Shown here: piece by piece, positions 28,906-39,611 of the stretch | Numbering within the stretch: position 1 is the first letter of the stretch | Layout of the letters: each line of letters opens with the position of its first letter | Assembly (NCBI RefSeq): GCF_018977255.1 | Contig: NW_024704754.1 | Location: forward strand, 17,174,001-17,238,000 | Reading direction: 5' to 3' | DNA length: 64,000 nucleotides | DNA from: Callorhinchus milii | Taxonomy: Eukaryota | Notes under the pieces: model-generated | Database searches by the model: none | The model's input: the letters and a program-made list of their open reading frames with translations, nothing else | Told to the model about the DNA's origin: nothing | Made by a program: the position numbers and the translations under genes

Positions 28906-29572
28906 CGCGCCGTATGAAAGCAACAACGAAATAACGTGAGATTCCTAACGAAAGGCTGGCACGAGTGTTTTCAAGGCTGAATTCGATTCTCCATTCCTTC
29001 CGCAGCGACAATTAGAGACCCTTGCATTTGACGTCGCCTCTTGTCCGCCTCTTCGCGACGTCTCGAAGAGCGCTTCACGGAATGTACTGCGAAGCGCAGT
29101 GACCGTGTAATCCCGTGGGCGAAACGCGGCAGCCGGTGTTGCGCACAGCAGCGTCCCCGCAAACAGTCGCGGATTTGAATGACAAAAATTATCATTATTT
29201 TTTTTTGGAGGTGTTGGGGGGAGGTAGGGATTATAACTCCCTTTCTGCGGAAGGTCACCTTGGGAAAACACTCATCGTAAAATAGGAAGTGCAGTGCAGT
29301 AAATTGATCATGTGGACTGTGGTTTGGTTTCAGCTGCCATCGCCACTGAGCTGAGTCGCATTTTTCTTGCGCGCAGCTGGAATTGTTTTGATCATTTATT
29401 TTTAAAAAAAACTACTTATTCAGCGTTAAATCGTTTCTTTTTTTTTGTGGGTGTGGGGGGTGGGGGGGTTTGCAATCCAGCGCTAGGAATACTCCCCGAT
29501 TTCCCCCCCCCCTTTTCGCTGCGCGCAGGGAACCCACTTCTTTTCCCAAACCCCTTTGGGTGAAAGGCAATC

Positions 29573-32500
29573 ATGTCCCTGTTCCCGTTCCTGGTGGTTC
29601 TGTGTCTCAGTCCGTGTGCAGTGCGGGGCAGCGCGAAACCAGCTCAGCAAAGGGTAAGTGCGTCTCAACCTCTGTGAAAAAAAATGCAACGAAACAGACC
29701 AATGTGTGTGTTCCTTTTAACTCTCGTCTGGTGGGTGGGTGGGTGGGTGAACGGGATGGGCTTCCTTCTAACCCCCTCCCACCACCACCCTTTAAAGCCA
29801 AGGTTTGCTGTTCTTTTACAATCCAAAGCGAATCCCCCAGCCCAGCCCCCCCCCCCAGTCCCGGCCCCATTCCCCCCCAAGCAAAAAAAATCTGCCAGAA
29901 GATAAAAGAGATTTCGAGTCGTTTTGCAGCAGAAGGGTTGAATCAGGGATTCGGTGGGTGTGCGGATTTACAACCACCATTGCTCACCAGGGGTTAAGTG
30001 AGCAACGCTGGTTTAACTCTCCCTGCAGTGTGCAATCCCGACCAAGCGCTGATTCCTTTTTAAAAGCACAAACCCCAAGAGATTCAGGTCATCTTAAACC
30101 AGGAACTAACCAGCAACTGCAGAATTAGTTTAAATGTATGTGTGTGTGTGTGTGTGTATACGTACCTCTGTGCGTGAGAAAACTTTTAACCAGCAAAGGG
30201 ATGCATTGCTAATCAGGTGTCCCACGTGCTTCCTGATAACTGGAATATGGAATAATAATATAAATGATATAATAATAATATTATAATGACGTAATAGAAA
30301 GCTGTTTAACTATGCCGACCGTGAAAAACAGAAGTGTTAAGGTCTCTGTGCAGTAATGTTTCAACGCCTTGGGATGTCCTCCCGACACGAAAGGCGCTAC
30401 ACAAGTGTAATTTGTTGTTGATTTTCTATCCATTGTAAATGTCTTGTGACGGTTACTGTGGTTGACGTTCGCTGAAGCTCCGTTGTTCAACCTTAACCCC
30501 GAGGAACCATATTGTTTCTCTCGGACGTCGATCTCCTGTCCACTGCCCCCCCACCGCACCGCACCGTCACACCCTCCAGCCTCGCTCACTCCTTCGATCC
30601 TCCCTTCCCCCCTCCCCCACCTCAGCCCCCACCTCGTGCCCAGCTCGGCCAAAACATCCGAGCTCCTCCGCTCGGCTGGCTCTGGCCTCCTGCTTGTCCC
30701 TCGCTCCCTCCGCTCCACCATCGGCGGCCGCACTTTTAGCCGCCACACCCCGAAGCTTTGGAATTCTCTCCCCAATCCCTCACCTTGCCCCCTCCTACCT
30801 CTCCTTTAGATCACGACTGAAGACCGTCCTCTTCAACCGTGCTGACGGTCACCTCCCACCTCCCTCCCCCACCCCCGGGACGGCGTAAGGCTCCGCCACT
30901 GTTGAGCGCTCCGAGACCCTGACCCGTCCGAAGGCCGCTGTGTAAATGCAAACTGCGGTTGTTGTAAAAGTTGTATTTTTCAGGTTGTCCGGGTTGGAGC
31001 CTTTTCCTGGAATAACTGCGGCGGTGGGAAGGATCCTGGTACAATTGCGTATCTTTCCATTCGTCCCGATCCGGTTAATATTCCAGGGGTTCTTCGAGTC
31101 AGTGCCATGGCATCGACCTCCGTTATCCTCTCGACCCCCCTGAAGGTATTTCAGAAACTTCAAATCACAACGTTCTCTATCGCAGCCCTCTCACTCGGTC
31201 ACTCACTTCACAGTGGCCTGTGGGACACTGCTGCGTGCGAAAGGGCTGCTGGCTTCACCAACAAATGCACAGTCACCGAATAATAATGATAATCCTTGCA
31301 TTTGATACAGCGCCTTATCACGTCGTTGAGACGTCTTAAAGCGCGGCACAGAATGTACTGTAAAGCTGTACATTTTGCAGACGAAACGTCACTCTGTCAA
31401 TACGCTTTTACAGTAAATTGAGACGCTGTACCAAATGCAAAGCTTCTTTATCTAATTATTTATTTAATCTGTCACCGCTTTGCTATGACCAGCGCTTCAG
31501 CATTTATCCTCCACTTACTCCACTGCATTCTCATCCCAGTTCCTCATAAGCAGCATTCAGAACCAATAATAATCCTTGCAATTGGTATCGTAATCTTTCC
31601 CATTGGGAGAATGTCTCAAAGCGCTTCACAGGATTAACTGTGAAGTGCAGTGACTGTGGTATTTTCTAAACAAACACAGCAGCCAATTTTGCACACAACA
31701 ATGTCCCCCACAAAATAGCCTCGAAGTGGGTTAGAAAGTTCAACCGGGTCTAGATTTAACTGATAGATATATTTACCTGATTTACTCATCTATATCTCTA
31801 AAAGCGTCCAGAATTTGGCAAATTGTGAACTTCAGTCTTAACTTTGAAGTGGGCTTTACTGTGGTGCTTAAAATCGCTCTGGGACGCTACCTGCATGGGG
31901 GGCACTGTGTAAATGCAAGTTGTTGTTGTAAAAGAATTCCTACACACGTTCCCAGATGAGACACGCCGGAGTCTCGTGTGACATCGCTTCTTCTCCCTCG
32001 CCTCCTTCAAGACCGGTTTCAAGACCCTCCTCTTCGATCGTGCCTTCAGTCGCCCTCCCACCTTCCTGCCTTCCCTCACCCCCTACCCCACCCCTCCCCC
32101 CCCTTGCTCGGGTCCTGCCCCCTGACTGTCCAGCGCCTTGGGACGTCCTCCCGACGTGAAAGGCGCTCTATGCATGTCATTTTGTTCTTGTTGTTGGTGG
32201 TGTTGATATTCAACCCTTCTCTTTAACCCCCAATGCAGGTCAACGTAACGTTGCAGAAGGAAGTGGCTGGAACTTGGGTGAAGATTCCGTGCGTGGAGCA
32301 GATCGGAAGCTGCACTTACGAAGACGTCTGTCGTCTGCTCTACCTGGCGATCCCCCCCGGACAGAGCTGTCCTGAGCCGCTGGCGACCTATGGAATTCCA
32401 TGTCACTGCCCTTTCCAAACAGTAAGAACCATTTGCCCTTCACCGCCAGCGAGAGGAATGGGAGTGCATCTGATTTACGTAGCAATGCTCAGCCCATCTG

Positions 32501-32832
32501 CTCTGTCCTGTAATGCCAATAAATGATCCCACTCCAGTCTATTACTCATATCCCTTTATTGGGGTGAAATTCCATCCAGGTCTATTTATGTAGCATTTCA
32601 TATAATAATAATAATAATAATAATCATTTTGCCTGCAAACAGCTAGCGGAATAACATTTGTCTTCTTGGTTTTCAGGGCAGCTATACTCTACCCGAAACA
32701 AGCTTTGACATCCCCAACTTGGATGTCCCTTACTGGCTAACCAACGGCGACTACAAGGGCAAAGCAGTGATGAGCAGCGGCAACCGAGAGCTGGCATGTG
32801 TCGAGCTCTCCTTCTCTTTCAAAACCACATGA
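29573..32832 (+). CDS. GM2A: Ganglioside GM2 activator (ML domain), 4 exons, 193 aa
   Basis: Exons 29573-29653 (signal peptide [19 protein letters not shown]), 30984-31145 ([16 protein letters not shown]), 32239-32421 ([35 protein letters not shown]), 32677-32832 (GSYTLP..WLTNGDY..LACVEL). All phase 0, GT-AG; all 8 canonical Cys present. Confidence 0.95.
30600..30965 (+). mobile_element. L2 LINE 3' end fragment
   Basis: Translates [44 protein letters not shown], a typical L2 ORF2 C-terminus. Similar fragments near 14630, 23130(-), 31990, 35460, 38530, 49920(-), 50650(-), 54220(-). Confidence 0.85.
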
Positions 32833-34835
32833 CGTTCAGTCGTTGTATTAAACACCAAAATGTACAGCTTTTGAATTGAAAGTAAATGCGAAGCGTTCAT
32901 TCGTTTCACTTGTTCTTTTTTACTGACTTACTGGTAGTTGGGTGAGGGCTGGGATTCTTCCCCGATATTCCTGGAAACCGAAGCAGGGAGGGGGTCCTAG
33001 TCGGACAAGCAGCGGGAAGCTTGCCAATGCTTAGCTCCAACATACACTCTGTGCTCTTAACCCATGGTGATGGGTTTCTGCACATGTTAGACACTTGACT
33101 GACCAAACAGAAGGTATTATCACTCTCATTGAGGTTCACTCACTCTCAAGGTAAAGATCATTTGACACTATCGAACCAATTCATTCGCCTGCAAAGTTTC
33201 TGAACTAACTGAGGTAACGGTATGCTACCCATTTAGATAAATAAATAGATTTTCGATGCAAAACATATGTGTTTATAGGCTCCAAAGCAATTTCGCTCAA
33301 GTGTTGGGCGAACGGAAGGAACAACTGCCGGACAGTTGATTCACACACAAGATGGCTTCACATCTCGAAAGCTTCACAGATCACAGCAAATTATAGTTTG
33401 TCTGCTTTAATTGGCCTCCAGCAACAATCACGTGCCTTAATTACTGTTTTCAATGATATGCGTGAGCGCAGTTATCAGTAACTTCATTCACTGGGGAAAA
33501 CCTTAGCTATATTTAGCAGGACTTTCTGTATCACTCAAAAACTTAATTTAATCTCTGTTGCTACTCATGCTGTGATTTCCCATCATGAGCAATGCTCATC
33601 CATCATGAAACCTAAGGCAAGTTTCCTTAGCAAGACGCTAAAAAACGCCTGTGTTGACTTAGCAAGACGTAGGAACCCAGTTGTTAGTCGACTGGCAGAT
33701 TGCTTTCTGGGGTTAATAAACCCTCCAAAATAAACAAATAAATAAAATTGCTCACTCACAAATATGGCCGTTTGTGAGACACTACTGTTAGAATTGGCTG
33801 CAGTGTTTCACCCACAAATTACACAGTCAATCCAGTTTAACAGTACAATCCGTGAGAAACTTTGAGCTGCCTCAATGATGTGATAAAGCGCTATATCAAA
33901 ATGCAAGGATTATTATTATTATCATCTCAGTAACAGAGCGTATAAGATGAATCCTTGCATTTTATGTAGTGCCTTATCAGAGGTTTCTGTGATGTGTAGT
34001 GACTGTGTATTTGTGGGCGAACGTCGCAGCCAATTTGAGCCTTGATACGTTTATAGGAAGCAACAGGAAAGAATGACAGAATCTCAAACTGTTGCTGAAT
34101 TCATTCATGTGACTCACACATAATATATATCTTCCTGAGGACTTTTGAGTTTCAGAGTTTAAAATTACAGACAAAATATCCCGGTATTACCCTTTAATAC
34201 ATACTCTTAGAGAAGGAAGTGGTGAGTTTGTACTTTATTTATCACAAGAATCACAGGTTTCAAATATAGAGACACCAAATTCCAACCGAGTAAATAATAA
34301 TAATAATAATCCTTGCATTTGGTACAAGCCAGGTCTGGATCAAGTTCAGCGTCATACAACCACTAATAACAATAATAATATAATAATAATTCTTGCATTT
34401 AATATAGCGCCTTATCGTGTGGTTGAGACGTCTCAAAGCGCTTCAGAGAATATACCGTAAAGTGGATGGACTGCATTTTGTGCGCGAAACACGGCAGCCA
34501 ATTGCGCACAGAGGCGTCCCCGCAAACAGTCAGGCATCGAGCGACCAGATTCTTATTTAANTTTTTTGGAAGGGATTATTACACCCGAAAGAGCAATCTG
34601 CCGATCGATTAGCAACCGGGTTCCTGCTTACTGCTCGGTAAACGGAGGTGTGTGGAGTAAGGAAACTCACCTGACAGAGATCTGTCAGCGCCTAACATGG
34701 AAAACAGAGCATTTCATGTTAAGGCTATAATCCAAGTGAAGTGGTTACACCCTATTACAGAAGGGTATTAAAAAAAAACTCTTACAAACCAAAGTTTTGT
34801 ATTCTTTTCGCCCGGAGATCGGAGTCGGACTGAAG

Positions 34836-37351
34836 ATGTCTTTTCCCACCCGTGTCCTTATCCTGATCTTGTGCCTTCTCCACCGATCCAGACCAGTAAG
34901 TAATCCATACACACTTGACCAGTGCGTCTGAAATTAACTGCGTCCGTGTTAAACTCTCCAAAGGAAGTGTGTTGCAACCGTTTCCTGTAAATTGAAACGG
35001 GTAACAACAGGTTGTGGGCATGCACATTTAATGGACCTATCTTATTCCATTGACGTTCATTTCCTTTATCAAGATTTTACTCTTTTTATCCTCTGTCGTG
35101 TTGGCTTAATGCTGCACGTGATTTCACAGTGAGGGTTTAAATTTCTTGCATAGTGTCTTATCAAAGCTCTTAACGTATAACTATTGTCAAGGGTGGTGAC
35201 TTAGGCAAACATTTTGCACAGCAAACAGCAATGAAGTGAATTATTGATTTACTGGAGGGATTGTTGACCAGGGCGCCAGGAGAGAGCAACTCCCTTCTCT
35301 TTCAAATAGACTCACTGGATCGTTAACATCCGCCTGAACAGGCAGATGGAACTCAGGGGTGTCTGCCTTGACCCTAGAAAATAAGGAAAAATTGTACTGT
35401 GTGCCAGAGGATTTGCCTCTCACCCTACGTATGGGGTTAGAGGGTGGATAGACCAGGTCTGCTCTGGCCTCCTGCTTGTCCCCCATCCCCTGCGTTCCAC
35501 CATTGACGGCCGCCCTTTCAGCCACCACGCCCCGAAGCTTTGGAACTCTCTCCCTCGATCCCTCCATCTTGCCCTCTCCTGCCCGTCTTTTAAGTCACGA
35601 CTGAAGACCTTCCTCTTCGACCGTGCTGACCGTCACCTCCTCCCTCTCCACCGGCTCGGTGTCAGGCTCCGCCACTAAGGGTGGGTTCCCAATCTCAGCC
35701 TGACACAGACAGGGGATGGGGCTTTAACTGGGTCCTCCATTAGCAGAGCAGATGAGGGTTTCAGTCACTTGCTCATCTCAATTGCTAAGGAAATGGCAGA
35801 GCATTTTACCCTTTGTGTGCATTGGGGGATAGATTAACACAATCTCATGACGGACAGTCACCTCTTTAGTTGTGAATCGAGTCAACATGCTGTACTACGC
35901 TTATATCTTTTACCCCTTTTATATTAGTCAGAAGGCTTCTCCTGGAAAAACTGCAAGACTAATAATCAGCCTATCACAATCCAAAGCCTCTCCATCAAAC
36001 CCGATCCCGTTAGAATGCCGGGTGGTATCTCAGTGAAAGGATCTGCCTTTTTAAGCCAAGCCATCTCATCACTAAAGGTGGGTAACTCTAACCATATCTA
36101 ACCGTAGAGACAGATTTATTTCCCTTGTTCTCCGAACACGAGAAAGAATCCACTCTGTGCCTCCTCCATGCAGGATGGACAATCCAGGGAGAACTTGACA
36201 TTTAAGAGCGTAACTTGTGCCATTTCACAACACATTCCTTGTGATAATAATATTAATAATAATAATAATAATGGATAATCGTTGTATTTAATACAGAGCC
36301 TTATCCTGCCGTTGAGACGTCTGAAAGCACTTCACAGAATATACTATGAAGGGGATTGCAATATATTCTGGGAAGTGCTTATTTTGCCACCTCATGAAAC
36401 ACTGCAGATTTCATCCTCTATTTTCAACCTGATTTGTGTGCCTGAGCAACGCTCCTTTTTCTTAAAAATCTGTTTCAGGCTGAAATAACATTGTACAGGA
36501 AGGTCCTTTTCTTCTGGTTGAAAATCCCCTGCGTGACTTTTGACTGCGTGTATGAAGTTTGCAAGTTACTGAAACGTGATCCGTCCTGTTCTTTCAAACA
36601 AGTGAGTCTCAAACCTGGCAGAGGGTAAATGGTGAAAAAAATTATTCCAGCCTTTTGGCAAATTGCACACATTCTCCAGCTGTTACTGAATTCAGGAGTA
36701 AGTTTTTTTTGGGGGGGTCTTGTCATCTACATTAGTTTGTCTCCATCTAACACCTACAACTGACCCGGAGGGTCAAGAGCAGAGTCTGTCATGATCAGTG
36801 CTGTACCGCTCAATTTTTACAGAGAGAAAAACAGGTGCCAAATATTGCTGCCATCTCTACTACTGCGGTTGATGTGACTCCACTATGTTCTCCTTCCTGT
36901 GAATCTGGGCTATGGCGAGCGGAAATTGCTGTAGAAAGAGATAGCTCCATTGGAAACGACTCTCATCAGAAACGACTCTTATGCTCTGTGTAGATGTGCA
37001 AGAGCCAACTGCGTAGTGCGTACTCTACAAGTTTCTTTTGAAAAGGAAACCTGGCCTTACCCTGGTTTGTTGGCAGCGTAGACGCAACTGTGATTGGTAT
37101 CTATCTCGTGTTTGATCTGTTGACATTTGCGGTCGCCTGCATTGGTTCACTGCCTCGGTTCGAAGGAGAAACGTGGCACTTATGCTGGTCTTCTATGTAT
37201 GTTTCAGGGATTTCACAAGTTCCCGGGAAAAGCGTTCGTCATTCCACGACTACCCATCCCAAATGGCCAATACAGCATAGCCATTGACCTGAAGAGTCAC
37301 AGAAGGAATGTTGGGTGTGTGCAGATGGACCTGACTGTTAAAAAGAATTAA
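34836..37351 (+). CDS. Divergent GM2 activator-like paralog (GM2A-like B), 4 exons, 158 aa, intact ORF
   Basis: Exons 34836-34895 (MSFPTRVLILILCLLHRSRP), 35928-36077 (SEGFSWKNCKTNNQPITIQSLSIKPDPVRMPGGISVKGSAFLSQAISSLK), 36479-36601 (AEITLYRKVLFFWLKIPCVTFDCVYEVCKLLKRDPSCSFKQ), 37208-37351 (GFHKFPGKAFVIPRLPIPNGQYSIAIDLKSHRRNVGCVQMDLTVKKN*). All phase 0, GT-AG, same exon layout as GM2A; AATAAA at 37654-37659. Confidence 0.85.
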
Positions 37352-37859
37352 CTTATGCCCGCATGGGGAACAAAATAACACCGTGTAACCTCAGATCTTT
37401 ATTAATAATAATAATAATAATCCTTGCATTTGATATAGAGCCACATCACATCATTGTGACATCTAGAGAACGCTTCACAGAGGATACTGTCAAGTGAATT
37501 GACTCTGTATTTTGTCGGCGAAACATATCTTACTTTCAATCACATGGAGTTGAATGTTAAATGTTATCCCTTAAATTAAAATGTGTCTCCTCATCTAGGC
37601 AATTGAAGGTGAAATCCACCTTTAATAGAATCTTGAAAATCTCCCGTCTGCTCAATAAAACAAAAAACATCAGAATTTGTCACAAATTCTTATCTGACAT
37701 TTTAGCCAATTTAGTCGTAAATTCTGTGACATTAACGATTGCAATGACACAGTCTATTCATTCATACAATCTTTCAGCGGATCAATAGAATCATTCACAA
37801 GGGAACCAGATAAGATCCTGACTCACACAAATGGAGGTTAATTCATGAACTGTTATAAT

Positions 37860-38155
37860 TATAATAATAATAATAATCCTTGCATTTGATACAGCGCCTT
37901 ATCACATCTTCGAGCCATCTCAAAGCGCTTCACAGAAAATACTGTAAAGTCAATTGACTGTTATATATTTTTTTAAACAATTATTGCCCCCAAAAAGCAA
38001 TCCGCCAATCAACTAACAACTGGGTTCCTACTTACTGCCAAGTAAACAGAGGTGTGTGGAGTGAGGAAACCTGTGCAACATTTCGCCCTGGCCGGGAATC
38101 GAACCCAGGTCTCTCGCTCGTGAGGCGAGTGCTCTAACCACTGAGCTGCAGGACA
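37860..38155 (-). mobile_element. tRNA-derived SINE, near full length
   Basis: Reverse complement of the 3308 family. Confidence 0.8.
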
Positions 38156-38344
38156 CCATGATCTACTTCATCAGCCAAGTTCTCGTGGGTTAATAGGAAT
38201 TCAACAGAGATATACCTTCCTCGCTACTCCATGAGCGATAGACCAGCAATCTCAGGTGACCTGTCCTGTTGCCTCAGGGGTCCCGTGCAGTTACCAGTCA
38301 CTTCCAATAGGGGGCGAGAGCGTAATGGAAACAAAGCATTTCTT

Positions 38345-39092
38345 GTCCGTTTTCACCTGATACGCAAGTGAGGGGTGAGAAGATTCAAACTCCGTCCCAG
38401 AAAGGGGTTGGAAGCTCCAGCTGCGAAACATCGTTGTGTAAAGTCGGGACCGTTCTCAACCAAATACCGTCCTTAAAGGGGAATGGTGATAACTGTCACA
38501 CCAAAGCTGTTCTCTCCCTCAATGACTCCGCCTTGGCCCCCTCCTTACCCCATCTTGAGATCGCACCTGAAGACCTTCCTCTTCGACCGTGCTTACGGTC
38601 ACAGCCCACACCCCCACCCCCGGCTCCGCCACGGTCAAGCAGTCCGAGACTCTACCCCGCGTGAGGGCCACTGTGTATAAACGCAAGTTGTTTTGGTTCT
38701 GTGCAGGCGTACACACGCGCAAGCAACAACAACAACAACTTGTATTTATTTAGCCACCCTCGCCAGGGTAGCGTCCCTGAGCGCACACACACGCACACAC
38801 ACACGCACACAGACACACACAACAGTCTATTTGCCTCTATTTGAAAGGCAAATACGTATTGAAATCACCGTTCGCCTGCCATCTCCCCACCCCCCGGCCT
38901 GGATTAAAGAAAGGTATTTCACTTTCTCAGGGCACGTACAGATTCCCACCAAGAACCGAACGCCATTCCCCAACTCCCAAGGGATTAATAGGGGTTGTGA
39001 TAAATGGCGAGTACAGAGTGGAAATCATCCCGAAGAGCTCCATTGAGAAGGTCGGCCGCGTTAAGGTGCACCTGCATCTTAAAGCCCATTAA
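38345..39092 (+). pseudogene. Third GM2A-like copy (C): decayed exon 3 plus open exon 4
   Basis: ~38345-38500 reads VRFHLIRK/(frameshift)VRGEKIQTPSQKGVGSSSCETSLCK..NCH (exon-3-like, Cys replaced by Ser, no clear splice sites, followed by an L2 fragment). 38931-39092 reads GTYRFPP..VINGEYRVEII..KVGRVKVHLHLKAH* after a good acceptor, with AATAAA near 39110. Confidence 0.6.
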
Positions 39093-39579
39093 TGGGTGTA
39101 AGAGACATTAATAAAGTTCCACCAAATCTTACTGATGGCACCTACTTAGCAAATAAGACAACAATGTTCAAAAGGCCGTGACACTGTCCAAAAGTCCATC
39201 CCTGTGTCAACAACCCTCCCCCAGCCCCCAACTCGCCTCCCCGGCAGGATTTTAGGCTGTTTACCGTTCACAAAGCTCTATTTGAAGAACGTTTCTATTT
39301 CCCCGTGGGCTGTGTGTCAAAGGCAGTTTCTTTCAGCCAGACAGGAGTCTTCAAATAGCACGGCCCAAATATTGATAATAAATGCTGCTTTAACAGGCAC
39401 TGCTCGAAAAGAGAAGGAAGGAAGTTTTTCCCCAGTGTCCCAGCCAACAATCTCTCGCATAAACCTCACCCACAAAATACACACAGTCACACTAATTTAC
39501 AGTATATCCAGTGAGGAGCGTTGAGATATCCTCCCCACTGTGAAAGGTGCTATATCGAATAGAAAAGATTATCGTAATC

Positions 39580-39611
<32 letters not shown>

